Shown here piece by piece: positions 40,078-49,995 of a stretch of 64,000 nucleotides of DNA; position 1 is the first letter of the stretch; every line of letters starts with the position of its first letter. The position numbers were made by a program, and so were the translations under genes. The stretch is from Thermoproteota archaeon (GTDB lineage: Archaea; Asgardarchaeota; Njordarchaeia; Njordarchaeales; Panguiarchaeaceae). The notes under the pieces were generated by a model that was not told the DNA's origin, ran no database searches, and was given only the letters and a program-made list of their open reading frames with translations. The stretch covers positions 32,463-96,462 of the forward strand of contig JANJXX010000005.1 in NCBI GenBank assembly GCA_024720975.1, written 5' to 3'.

Positions 40078-41310
40078 CTATTTATACTCTCTTCCCAGAA
40101 TGCAAATGGTACATCTATCCAATCTAAGGTATCTTCTAGCAGTACTCTGAACAGCTTCTGGTTTGAGATTTTGGACTGTTTTTGCGATTTCTTTGTATAA
40201 CCTTAGAGCGTCGTTGAGGAATAGCTCATCATATGCCAAGACACTTGCCAGCCCAGATTTAGAGTCAGTTAGGCTGTATAGCGCCCCAAAAAACATATTC
40301 TTCATATCCTGCACCTCCTCCTCGGTGGGTCCGTTAGTAATTATGTCATCGATCTCCTCTAGTATAATGTTAATTGCTCTGTTCACGTGATGCGGCGGGG
40401 TACTTGTAGCAATTGCAAAGAATCCAGTGTCAATGAAAGCAACATTAAATGCCTCTACATGATAAACGAGACCCTCTTCTACTCGCAATCTTCTATAAAG
40501 CCGACTTGTCGGGAATGCAGTCAGTATTGCACTAAGTAGATTCAGAATTTCGGAGTGGTACTCACCTTTTGGTGCTGATATCCAACCCAGCGCCAGATAG
40601 TTTATTGGGAGGTCCCTATATTCAAAGTGATATCCCAGATCAGTCTCGGTTTTCAACTGTTTCCAACTTTTCTTACTTTCCAAAGCACTCCTCCAAATCT
40701 CTAAGGGTTCTAGCTTACCCATTTCCACGTTGCCAACAGCCGCTAGAACAGAGCCATTAGGTGACATGTTTTCTAATTCCGATCGAACATCGGCCAGGCT
40801 AACATCTCTGAAGGCTTTCTCAACGGTATCTGGTGAGTGTGTACCAGGTGTGTCCTCGCCGAAAAGTTTTCTCCTGAGAAATATGTCAATATACCTTGTA
40901 GGGTCACTGAAATTTTCTTCGAGCTCTCTGATTATAATAGCCTTCTCTCTTTTCAGCATGTCATCTGTCCAGGATTTAAAGTTCTCAAGTAGTATCTTCC
41001 CTATGCAATCTATTGCCTCTTTTTGGAAAATTGTCGGTACTATCCAGTATATGCCAAATTCATCCATGGAGACGTAACCGTTGACTTCTCCTCCAATTCG
41101 TTGAAACGTTGGAAAGACTTTATGCTCGGGTTTGAACAGCATATGCTCTAGTAAATGCACCGACTCCGGAAATGTTTCATTCCTAAATCCATGGGGCATC
41201 AGCAGTCTATAGTGAACTGTAAGATGCTTACGCTTATGTAGAATTACCTTGAGCTTGTTTTCTAAGGTATATTTTGTTATTTTAACTTTTGGAACCTTCC
41301 ACATTTTCAA
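40078..41310 (-). CDS. M16-family zinc peptidase
   Basis: Inverted motif HLLEH, REK.II..E, SRLYRRLR.EEGLVY. Confidence 0.9.
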   Translation of the reverse strand: MKMWKVPKVKITKYTLENKLKVILHKRKHLTVHYRLLMPHGFRNETFPESVHLLEHMLFKPEHKVFPTFQRIGGEVNGYVSMDEFGIYWIVPTIFQKEAIDCIGKILLENFKSWTDDMLKREKAIIIRELEENFSDPTRYIDIFLRRKLFGEDTPGTHSPDTVEKAFRDVSLADVRSELENMSPNGSVLAAVGNVEMGKLEPLEIWRSALESKKSWKQLKTETDLGYHFEYRDLPINYLALGWISAPKGEYHSEILNLLSAILTAFPTSRLYRRLRVEEGLVYHVEAFNVAFIDTGFFAIATSTPPHHVNRAINIILEEIDDIITNGPTEEEVQDMKNMFFGALYSLTDSKSGLASVLAYDELFLNDALRLYKEIAKTVQNLKPEAVQSTARRYLRLDRCTICILGREYK

Positions 41311-41382
41311 TTCAGCTTAAGCACTCACCTAATTAAAGTGTGAATTATTTTGTTTATGAGCACTAATTGGTGAGACTAGGAT

Positions 41383-42144
41383 ATGTCGCCAATAGGAATT
41401 ATTGGTGGGAGCGGATTCTATAAACTTGTAGGAATAGAAGGTCCCCAAAAAGTACATATAGATACACCCTTTGGGGAGGTAATAGCTACTAGAGGGTACC
41501 TAAGTAATAAGGAAGTGATATTCATACCCAGACATGGAGAAGATCACACGATTCCACCACACAAGATAAATTATCACGCAAATGCCTATGCTATGTACAA
41601 GCTACAAGTTGAAAAGGTAATTGCAACGAGTGCTGTCGGTTCTATGAGGAAAGATCTCAAACCAGGCGACTTCGTCCTGCCTGACCAGATAATAGATTTC
41701 ACCAAAAGCAGAAGGTATACATTCTTCGACGGGGATTTTGCAATTCAACTTAAAAGTGGAGAGTTGAGAGCAGGAGTTTATCATGTTGACGCAACTGAAC
41801 CTTACTGCAGAGAACTAAGGAAAATAATCTATCAGGTTGGCAAGGAAATGGGTCTTAAAATACATTTTGGGGGAACTTACGTGTGTACTGAGGGGCCCAG
41901 ATTTGAAACTCCAGCAGAAATAAAGTTTTTTAGAAAGATTGGTGGAGACATAGTTGGTATGACAAACTCACCGGAAGTCTTCCTCTTTAAGGAACTTAAC
42001 ATATGTTACGCTCTAATATGCGTTGTTACGAACTACGCTGCAGGAATGCAAAAGAAAGTCTCGCATGAAGAGGTCTTAGAAATATTTAAGAGGCGCTCAG
42101 AAGTACTTGCAGATTTGATAAGGCGCGTCGTTGCAAAATTATAG
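41383..42144 (+). CDS. mtnP: 5'-methylthioadenosine phosphorylase
   Basis: GIIGGSG, RHG.DH.IPPH, SAVGS, EGPRFETPAE, VGMT, VTNYAAG. Confidence 0.9.
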   Translation: MSPIGIIGGSGFYKLVGIEGPQKVHIDTPFGEVIATRGYLSNKEVIFIPRHGEDHTIPPHKINYHANAYAMYKLQVEKVIATSAVGSMRKDLKPGDFVLPDQIIDFTKSRRYTFFDGDFAIQLKSGELRAGVYHVDATEPYCRELRKIIYQVGKEMGLKIHFGGTYVCTEGPRFETPAEIKFFRKIGGDIVGMTNSPEVFLFKELNICYALICVVTNYAAGMQKKVSHEEVLEIFKRRSEVLADLIRRVVAKL

Positions 42145-42148
42145 AGCG

Positions 42149-43885
42149 ATGGAATATCAAATGAAGTGTAAATTTTGTGGCAGGGAAACGGAGGACAGAA
42201 ATGGGATATGTGAATATTGTGAACCGTTCGTTTGTGAAATTTGCGGGGCCAGATTATCAAGAGGCTACTGTGCAATTTGCGGTAGGCTCGTTTGTACTGA
42301 TGACTTTAAGTTCGTCGGATTTGCAAGGGTTTGCATTCAGTGTTTAGAAAACAACCCCAAGCTCATCGACTATAATTATTTTTTAAAGCTGGTATTCTCG
42401 AGGGCAAGAGAAGTTACCTCCTACGCAAGTGAAGAGTTCACAAAAGTGATGGAGTTTGGAGTTCCACCGAGTAGCGAACACTTGCATGTACACATAGGTC
42501 TCGATGATTTTGATTCTCCCTACGGATTGTGTACCACATATGTCATGGCAAAACTGCTTCAAGCATTAAAGGAAAGGTTCAGTATAGAGCTCCTTGACTT
42601 CCCCTTGTTGGTAAGACTCAATCCAAACATACCTTTAAAAACCAGGGGAAACGCGAGTGTAGCTGCTAGATTTAGGATACATAAAGCAGATGTATGCGAC
42701 CTCGTGGAGAATGTATGCAAGTTCGTAGGAAACATTTCTCATAAGTTTTTCAAGAAGACGCAGCCAGCTCTAGTGGTATATTTGACAGATAAGTATGCTA
42801 TAGATAAAGTGTTAAATTGGGCTTACATGCAATCTGTCAAGTCAGTCCTTCCCCCTAAGATTCTGCTCAAAAAGCTGAGTGAAATAAAGATAGGGCAGCT
42901 GATGGTATTTAGCCCCAGACTACAAACTCCGCGGGGCATCGTAGGTGCAATCGCGGCAATTGGTGCTGCGTTCGATGATTACACATTTGAGCTTATTGCT
43001 TATAGAAAAAGGGAAAACATATGGATGAAGAGGCAAGTAGATGAGAATTCAGTAATCGAGATGAACAGCAAATTATTCCCACTAGTTTTTGGAAACATCG
43101 ACGGCAAAAGAGTTTTAATAGTACCCAGAGGGCCAGACCCCGTGTTATTTGGAATACGCGGAGAAGCACCTGAAGTGGTTTACGAAGCCTTCAAAATAAT
43201 AAAGCATGAGGATATAGATTTATGGACAATATTCAGAACAAATCAAGCTACGAGCTCTCACATACGTAGCTTAGGTAGTAATATAGAGGATGCGCATCCC
43301 TATGAAACCGTAACCATAGATTGCAAGGTAGTTACTGCCAGTAGAAAGAATGATAAAATTATCCTAAAAGCACGGGCTGGAGGAATTCTTATAGAGGGTT
43401 TCGCATACAAGCTACAAAGACAGTTGCAGTCTAACCTACTCAAGCTAAGGCAAGATGATGTAATTAGGCTTATTATAGCAATTATGGATAAAAGGGAAAA
43501 CATAATCAGAGGAAATATAGAAGAGATAATACCATTGAAACTAAAGCCTGAGCTAATAAAGAGAAATCCACGCTGTCCACGTTGTTGTAGCAGGCTTAAG
43601 AAGAAATCAAAAAATGAGATGTACTGTAAAAAATGTGGTCTCAGAATTCCTGGATCATTTAAAATCGAAATAAAATACCCTCGCTCTGAACTGAGAATAC
43701 ATAAGAGGTACCTACCATCACCCAGGGCATATAGGCATCTAACAATGCCAAATGAGAGAGTTTATTTTAGATTCCAGAAGCTCCTAGGAAAAATTCGAGC
43801 ATATTTAACGGAGCCCGTGTTAGCAGAAAACAAAGAACTCACATTGGTAAAAGTGTTACCCATAAAAGATCCAGAGATCTCTTAG
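42149..43885 (+). CDS. tiaS: tRNA(Ile2) agmatidine synthetase with N-terminal Cys-rich extension
   Basis: IGLDDFDS..G.CTT, LVRLNPNIPLKTRGN, PRGPDPVLFGIRG, TNQAT, NPRCPRC, HLTMP..R. Confidence 0.92.
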   Translation: MEYQMKCKFCGRETEDRNGICEYCEPFVCEICGARLSRGYCAICGRLVCTDDFKFVGFARVCIQCLENNPKLIDYNYFLKLVFSRAREVTSYASEEFTKVMEFGVPPSSEHLHVHIGLDDFDSPYGLCTTYVMAKLLQALKERFSIELLDFPLLVRLNPNIPLKTRGNASVAARFRIHKADVCDLVENVCKFVGNISHKFFKKTQPALVVYLTDKYAIDKVLNWAYMQSVKSVLPPKILLKKLSEIKIGQLMVFSPRLQTPRGIVGAIAAIGAAFDDYTFELIAYRKRENIWMKRQVDENSVIEMNSKLFPLVFGNIDGKRVLIVPRGPDPVLFGIRGEAPEVVYEAFKIIKHEDIDLWTIFRTNQATSSHIRSLGSNIEDAHPYETVTIDCKVVTASRKNDKIILKARAGGILIEGFAYKLQRQLQSNLLKLRQDDVIRLIIAIMDKRENIIRGNIEEIIPLKLKPELIKRNPRCPRCCSRLKKKSKNEMYCKKCGLRIPGSFKIEIKYPRSELRIHKRYLPSPRAYRHLTMPNERVYFRFQKLLGKIRAYLTEPVLAENKELTLVKVLPIKDPEIS

Positions 43886-44150
43886 CAGCTAAAGGTTTCT
43901 GTTCTACTAGAAAAAGCCGATATTTCAACACTCTCTTCTAAAGGCTTTTTTTAAGTTGAGTGCATACTCCTTGCGATTTTTTGTCATGTTAAATGTCGGG
44001 AGACAAAGAATGCGGGTAACTTTTATATATCACTAGGCATACTCTACTAATAGAAATTGCATTTAGGTGCTCTAGGAAGTGTGCCGTAGAAGTTATTTTA
44101 GAGAACTTTGAAGAGCAATCTGAGCAATAATAATTTTATATACCTCCTTT

Positions 44151-44771
44151 TTGACTTCAAAAAGTCACCAATCAATCTATCTGGTGACAGTTTTGATCGA
44201 CAAGGAGAAAATAAAGAAAGCTGTTAGGCTCATACTGGAAGCGATAGGAGAGGATCCTGAGCGCCCCGGCTTACGCGAGACACCTCAGCGCGTAGCTGAC
44301 ATATACGAGGAAATACTCTCAGGGTACACAGATCAGGATGAATTAGTGGGTTTCGAGCATTTTGCCAATATGGTCATACTTAGAAACGTGAGATTTTATT
44401 CATTGTGCGAGCATCACATATTGCCATTCTACGGTAGTGTTGACATTGTCTATGTGCCAAATAATGCGGTTATAGGGGTCTCCAAAATAGTCAGGATTGT
44501 TCAAAAGTATGCGAGGAGGCTCCAGGTACAAGAAAAAATGACGACGGAAATTGCAGATGAAATATTCAACAGCGAGTATAAACCAAAAGGTGTTCTCGTA
44601 ATGAGTAGAGCTAAGCACATGTGTATGATTATGAGGGGTGTAAAGAATCCAAGCGTAATTACCTCTATCGTCTACAGAGGTATTTTTGAGACCGACAATA
44701 TCCTGAGAAGTCAAGCCATGATGTTGCTGGCTAGGAATACTGATCTCCTTGAGGTGGACATTTTTGGATGA
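44151..44771 (+). CDS. folE: GTP cyclohydrolase I, FolE type
   Basis: GEDPERPGLRETPQRVA, SLCEHH.LPF.G, ARRLQVQE, HMCM..RG. Confidence 0.93.
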   Translation: MTSKSHQSIYLVTVLIDKEKIKKAVRLILEAIGEDPERPGLRETPQRVADIYEEILSGYTDQDELVGFEHFANMVILRNVRFYSLCEHHILPFYGSVDIVYVPNNAVIGVSKIVRIVQKYARRLQVQEKMTTEIADEIFNSEYKPKGVLVMSRAKHMCMIMRGVKNPSVITSIVYRGIFETDNILRSQAMMLLARNTDLLEVDIFG

Positions 44772-45249
44772 AGAGGACAGAATATATCCTAAGATGCCAA
44801 TCGTCGCTGTTGGCGCTCTAATATATGATGAAGCTAGCAACAAAATACTTCTAATAAGGCGGGCTAACCCTCCTGGTGAAGGAAAATTTAGTATTCCAGG
44901 AGGTGTTGTGGAACTTGGAGAGGATCTAGTTAACGCTGTAAAGAGGGAGGTTAAAGAAGAAACGAATATAGACTGCGAAATCTTAGGGGTTATAGGAATA
45001 TCTAATATCGTAGTAAAAGATGACTCCGGAAGGATAAAGTGGCACTACATAATTATAGACTTTCTAATAAGGCCAAAGGGTTTAGAAACAAAACCAGCTA
45101 CCGATGCCCTTGAAGCTATATGGGTATCAGTGGATGAGGCTCTGAACTTAAATTTAACGTTAGCCACCAGAAAATTGCTGGAGAAGTTTAAGCAGTTTAT
45201 CTCTGCTAAAAACATTCCCATGATGAGTGTTGAGAATTTTGTCTACTAA
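44749..45249 (+). CDS. Nudix hydrolase
   Basis: Nudix box GGVVELGEDLVNAVKREVKEETN. Confidence 0.9.
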   Translation: MRWTFLDEEDRIYPKMPIVAVGALIYDEASNKILLIRRANPPGEGKFSIPGGVVELGEDLVNAVKREVKEETNIDCEILGVIGISNIVVKDDSGRIKWHYIIIDFLIRPKGLETKPATDALEAIWVSVDEALNLNLTLATRKLLEKFKQFISAKNIPMMSVENFVY

Positions 45250-45368
45250 AGTTTTTGTAGTCCAGGAGACGATTCAATAATTCCCAGAAGAATCGCTTAA
45301 AAATCTCTTGCTAAGTAGTTCTCGTTTATATAGATTTTTCTCTGGCGTTTAGTTGAAAGTATTTTGGT

Positions 45369-46808
45369 GTGTTGGTGCATTTTATGATAGATGAGGACGC
45401 TGCTATAAAGGCTATAGAGCTTGCATGTGAGAGGGGAGTCGATTACGTTGAGGCTCGAATTCAGGTAGATGAGGAGGAGTCTATATATATGAGAAATGGC
45501 ATCATTGAAGCATACGCTGTAGCAACTGTTGGTGGATTGTCTATAAGAGTTTTAAAGAATGGAGCCTTTGGTTTTGCTTCCACCGACGATATGTCGGCAG
45601 AATCCATTAAGAAAGCTGTTGATGCTGCTGTAAAATTGGCTGAAGTTCAAGAAAAGGGTACTAGTTCATTGTCTGAAGAGCCGAATTTTAGTGTAAGGTA
45701 CGATTTGATTCCATGTAAAAATGCATTTGAGATCCCTCTAGAAGAAAAAATAAAATTACTAGCGGATATTGACAAAAGTCTGCAAGCCCTTCAGGATGAC
45801 GTTAAAATACCCTTCCGCAATATAGAACTCCTAATAAGGCATACAAATAAGTTTTACGCAAACTCCGAGGGAACAAATGTCAGGAGTTTCATCCCCAGAT
45901 TGTACGTAAGCGCGTACTTTGTCCTGGCATTTAAAGATAGAACAATAACAAGACACACAGCTTTAGGTGAGGCTGTTGGATGGGAAAAAGTCTCCATTTG
46001 GGATCCAATAAAAGTATTCACGGATGACGCAGCAGCGTTGAAAAAAGTAATAACCAACGCTGTTCTTCCCAAGGCAGGTAAATATGACGTAATCATAGGA
46101 CCTGAAGTAAGTGGGCTAGCGACGCACGAATCCTGTGGGCACCCATTTGAACTAGACCGAATAATGGGTCGAGAAGGAGCACAAGCAGGAGAGTCATATG
46201 CATCCGTCGATCTATTAGGAAAAAGAATTGCTAAAAATTGTGTAACGATAATTGACGACCCAACAATACCAGGCTCTTATGGATTCTACCTTTATGACGA
46301 AGAGGGTGTAAGAGCAAGACCTAGATATTTGATTCATAAAGGCGTTGTAAATGAATTTCTCATGAACAGAGAATACGCAGCTAAACTTGGACTTAAAAGC
46401 AACGGCGCTGCAAGAGCTTCTTACTACAACAGAGAGCCCATAATAAGAATGGCAAACACATATATATCTCCCGGTGAATGTACATTTGACGAACTTATCG
46501 AGGACGTAAAAAGAGGCATATACATAAAGACATTCGGTGAGTGGAATATAGACGATCGCAGATACAACCAAATCTACGTCGGCCAAGAGGCATACATAAT
46601 TGAAAACGGGGAGATAAAAGAGCCTGTCTGGCGGCCAGTTCTTGAAATAACTACGCCAAGATATTATGCAAGTATAGATGCTGTCGACAAAAATCTTGCT
46701 TTCCAACCTGCCACGTGTGGTAAGGGCGACCCAAGTCAGGGTGTTCCAGTGTTCACTGGGGGGCCGAATGTAAGACTAAGAAATGTTAGAATAAGCTTTA
46801 GGGGGTGA
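45369..46808 (+). CDS. tldD: TldD metalloprotease
   Basis: HESCGHPFELD, DDPT..G.YGFY.YDEEG, RMANT, CGKG. Confidence 0.92.
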   Translation: MLVHFMIDEDAAIKAIELACERGVDYVEARIQVDEEESIYMRNGIIEAYAVATVGGLSIRVLKNGAFGFASTDDMSAESIKKAVDAAVKLAEVQEKGTSSLSEEPNFSVRYDLIPCKNAFEIPLEEKIKLLADIDKSLQALQDDVKIPFRNIELLIRHTNKFYANSEGTNVRSFIPRLYVSAYFVLAFKDRTITRHTALGEAVGWEKVSIWDPIKVFTDDAAALKKVITNAVLPKAGKYDVIIGPEVSGLATHESCGHPFELDRIMGREGAQAGESYASVDLLGKRIAKNCVTIIDDPTIPGSYGFYLYDEEGVRARPRYLIHKGVVNEFLMNREYAAKLGLKSNGAARASYYNREPIIRMANTYISPGECTFDELIEDVKRGIYIKTFGEWNIDDRRYNQIYVGQEAYIIENGEIKEPVWRPVLEITTPRYYASIDAVDKNLAFQPATCGKGDPSQGVPVFTGGPNVRLRNVRISFRG

Positions 46809-48151
46809 AATTCATGAGTGAAATAATAGAGATCTTAGATAAAGTATTCAGTAAAGCCGCTAAGATAGGAGAAAACGTGGCGGTATTTGCTAGTAAAAAA
46901 CTTAGTAGGCAAGTGCGGTTCAGCGTCAATAAAATCGATGTTTCAAGCGAATGGCATGAGTATGAGCTCAATGTTCTTGTAGAAAAAGATAGGAAGACAC
47001 AAATATTTAGCATAAGCTTTCAAGGACTTGAGCAGCTTGATGATATTCTTAAAAAAGTAGAGGCGGCACTAAAACTATCACCACCCAAACCCTATGAAGC
47101 ACCGCTTCCTGAGCCTTCCGAGAAATATCCATCAATACCAGATGCTTTTGATGAAGAGACCTTGAAAGACCCAAGCCGTCTCATAAAAATAGCCAATGAA
47201 GCCATAGACTCAGCATTAAGAGAGGGAGTTAAAAAAGTAGCTGGGGCCGTATACTCTAATGCTTATTGGATAGGCCTAAAAACCACCGCTGGATTTGAGA
47301 TGACACATAGTTTCACAAACAATTACCTTGATGTCAGAGTTTTTCACGGACCACTGGAGACAGGACATGCATCAATGGCTTCAAGAAGACTCAGAAACAT
47401 AGATCCCTGGAAAGTTGGTGAAACAGCTGCCTATTATGCAAACTTAGCTAGAAATCCCAAAAAATTTAAAGCCGGAGAGTATTCCGCTGTATTCTCACCA
47501 GATGCTGTTGCGTCAATACTAAACTTTGCTGGATTGATGGCGTCAGCATTCGCTGTTATTGCTGGATATAGTGCTTTCTCACAGAAGCTGGGACAAAAAG
47601 TTGCATCAGAGAAATTCACTCTTAGCGACAATCCATTAGTAACCGATAGCTTTAACCCGCTAATATTTGACATGGAGGGTGTCCCAACAAGGAACAATGT
47701 AATAATAGAAAATGGTATTCTCAAGGCGTATCTTCATAACAGGATAACGGCGAAACTTCTCAACGCAGAGCACACGGGAAATGCCGGTTGGGTATTTCCA
47801 AATCCTTGGAATTTAGTAGTTGGCAGGGGAGACATGAAATTCGAAGAGATGATATCAGAGCTAGGAAATGGACTCATCGTTGGCAATGTAACATACATTA
47901 GATTTCAAGACTACGTTAAGGGAGAATTCTCTGGTGTGATCAGAGATGGCGTTATTCTCGTAAAGAATGGCGAACCCATGCACGGAGTAATTGGACTAAG
48001 ACTCAGTGATAATATACTTAGATGGTTAGACAATATAAGAGGCGTAGGTAAAGACCAGGTGCAGCTCTATCACTGGTGGCTAGAAATGCATACACCAGTA
48101 GTATCAACGTATCTACTTGTTGACAAAGCGAGATTTACAGAAGCTTGGTAG
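46805..48151 (+). CDS. tldE: TldE/PmbA
   Basis: Follows tldD; FD.EGVP, TGNAG, GEFSG; no HExxxH. Confidence 0.85.
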   Translation: MKFMSEIIEILDKVFSKAAKIGENVAVFASKKLSRQVRFSVNKIDVSSEWHEYELNVLVEKDRKTQIFSISFQGLEQLDDILKKVEAALKLSPPKPYEAPLPEPSEKYPSIPDAFDEETLKDPSRLIKIANEAIDSALREGVKKVAGAVYSNAYWIGLKTTAGFEMTHSFTNNYLDVRVFHGPLETGHASMASRRLRNIDPWKVGETAAYYANLARNPKKFKAGEYSAVFSPDAVASILNFAGLMASAFAVIAGYSAFSQKLGQKVASEKFTLSDNPLVTDSFNPLIFDMEGVPTRNNVIIENGILKAYLHNRITAKLLNAEHTGNAGWVFPNPWNLVVGRGDMKFEEMISELGNGLIVGNVTYIRFQDYVKGEFSGVIRDGVILVKNGEPMHGVIGLRLSDNILRWLDNIRGVGKDQVQLYHWWLEMHTPVVSTYLLVDKARFTEAW

Positions 48152-48290
48152 TTCTTCCTCCTTTTTTGTACTCAAGTTTTCTGTTTTACAAAAAATGCCG
48201 AGTGGGATTATTATAATAATTCACGCTTGATTGCGCAGGTTTTTCCTAAGTATTTATAAGTGGGACTTGTTTTTCCTATTATTTTTGATC

Positions 48291-48346
48291 ACATATGATG
48301 AAAACGCCACCGTCAGATTGATGAAGACGCTCGGAAGTTCTGATCT
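48291..48346 (+). ncRNA. Box C/D guide sRNA
   Basis: C ATGATGA 48295-48301, guide AAACGCCACCGT, D' CAGA 48314-48317, C' TTGATGA 48318-48324, guide AGACGCTCGGAAGTT, D CTGA 48340-48343; TTTATAA box at 48253. Confidence 0.75.
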
Positions 48347-48456
48347 AGAGTCGCTGGAGATTATTCTGGAGGACGCATTTCCGATAAACTGATTCCATAC
48401 ACTTCTAAGTAATAAATGGTACATTTTCACGGAAACCATGCCAACAATTATGGTAG

Positions 48457-49368
48457 GTGTCTACTCTGGTTAGAGTCACCGTTCCGGGTGGAATATCAGC
48501 GATATTTGAACCCTGCATTCATAATGATCCGATAGCATCAGGAGCAAGGGGTGCTGGTATAGGCTTTAAGGATGCTGTTGAAGTTGAATTAAAGATTTTT
48601 CCCTCGGAGAAACTAATAATAGAGAACTCAATCAATGGACAGTTAGTTAGAGGAGGAATCGGTGAAATTGCCGTCAAAACATTCTTCGGTATGTTGGGTA
48701 TAGAGCCAGAATACAAAGTTATTATCAATCAAAAAATCTCAATCCCAATGGGATCAGGATTTGGCACAAGTGCGGCCTCAGCATTAGGAATAGTTCTGGC
48801 TTTGTCGAAAGAGCTCAATGTGCCATTATCAGTAGTACAAGCTGGCGATATAGCGCACTTAGCTGAAATCCGTGCTAAATCCGGACTTGGTACGGTTTCG
48901 GGTCTAGTCAACATAGGTGACATTGTTATAGTGGTGCATCCGGGCGCGCCATCTGTGTGCTTAGTTGATAGAATTCCCTTGCCTTCCCCTGACGTTAGGT
49001 TGGTAGTAGCTTCGAAGGGACGCATAGAAACAGCTGAAGCGTTAAGGGATAGGGACTTAGTTAATAAGGCCATGAAGCTTGGAAAAGTCGCAGTGGATGA
49101 GCTTCTCCAAAAGCCTACCATCGAAAATTTCTTTAAACTCGCCCGATGGTTCGCAGAGAATGTAGGACTAATGACGAAGACTATAGAGTATATTATAGTT
49201 GAGTTAAGTAAGTTTGCGATAGGAGCTGCACAGTCTATGATTGGTGATGCTATATTCGCTCTTGTATGGCGCGAAGATGTAGATGATGTACTGAAGATAA
49301 TAGACGACTTATGGCATGTATCGGGAATAGTTGGTGAACCCGTATCTTCTGGCTTCTATTTAGAATAG
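48457..49368 (+). CDS. pok: Pantoate kinase (GHMP family)
   Basis: VPG.IS.IF, G.RGAG, PMGSGFGTSAA, AHLAEI...SGLGTV, SMIGD. Confidence 0.85.
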   Translation: MSTLVRVTVPGGISAIFEPCIHNDPIASGARGAGIGFKDAVEVELKIFPSEKLIIENSINGQLVRGGIGEIAVKTFFGMLGIEPEYKVIINQKISIPMGSGFGTSAASALGIVLALSKELNVPLSVVQAGDIAHLAEIRAKSGLGTVSGLVNIGDIVIVVHPGAPSVCLVDRIPLPSPDVRLVVASKGRIETAEALRDRDLVNKAMKLGKVAVDELLQKPTIENFFKLARWFAENVGLMTKTIEYIIVELSKFAIGAAQSMIGDAIFALVWREDVDDVLKIIDDLWHVSGIVGEPVSSGFYLE

Positions 49369-49407
49369 TTGGTGTACAAGTATAAGTCAACTTACTTATT
49401 AGCTAAC

Positions 49408-49995
49408 CTAAGGTTTTTCCCTGATTTCAAGGATTTTTTTCCATAATTCGATGGCAGCAGCTCTGATATCGCTCTCCTTACAAAGCCCGCCAAATTTAGC
49501 AATGATTTTTTCTTCTGGGCTTGATAAAACTATTTCTAATGTTTCAATCTCGAGTTTTCTAGGTGGAATAGTCAGAGATCTTTTAGCTATACCCACGCTG
49601 CCCACAGCTTCTACTGGAATGGCAAAGAAACTTTGACCCTTAGGTAAGTACTTTGTAATGATGACAAGATTCGGGAATCCTTTAGGGTGAGCATGTATTA
49701 ATATCTGGTGTGATATAGGAATAGCTAATAGGGGCCTGAAGAGAGCTAGACTTACTACAACTAGAAATAAATACATTGTGATAATCAGTAGCATAGAACT
49801 AAGAAGTGGTGATTCCAGTTTTTCTATTGCATACGTTGATGCTAGTAGTAAAAATATAGCTGACGCCGATAAGAGAGCTTGAATCAATCTTGATTTTATC
49901 TTCAGACTGCGTAATGCGCTTTCGTATAAACCTATTTTTGTTTCATCTTGATCTATTACAAAGCTAAAGATTACGTTTGAAAATTGAGTTTCAAT
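49408..49995 (-). CDS. Hypothetical two-TM protein (start uncertain; longer ORF overlaps proS)
   Basis: Two hydrophobic segments then a beta-rich domain; fills the gap between pok and proS. Confidence 0.5.
   Translation of the reverse strand: METQFSNVIFSFVIDQDETKIGLYESALRSLKIKSRLIQALLSASAIFLLLASTYAIEKLESPLLSSMLLIITMYLFLVVVSLALFRPLLAIPISHQILIHAHPKGFPNLVIITKYLPKGQSFFAIPVEAVGSVGIAKRSLTIPPRKLEIETLEIVLSSPEEKIIAKFGGLCKESDIRAAAIELWKKILEIREKP

Noticed and set aside
45369-48151. tldDE plus radical SAM/SPASM as a RiPP cluster
   Set aside because: The genes are ~26 kb apart, no precursor was seen, and tldDE is widespread housekeeping in archaea
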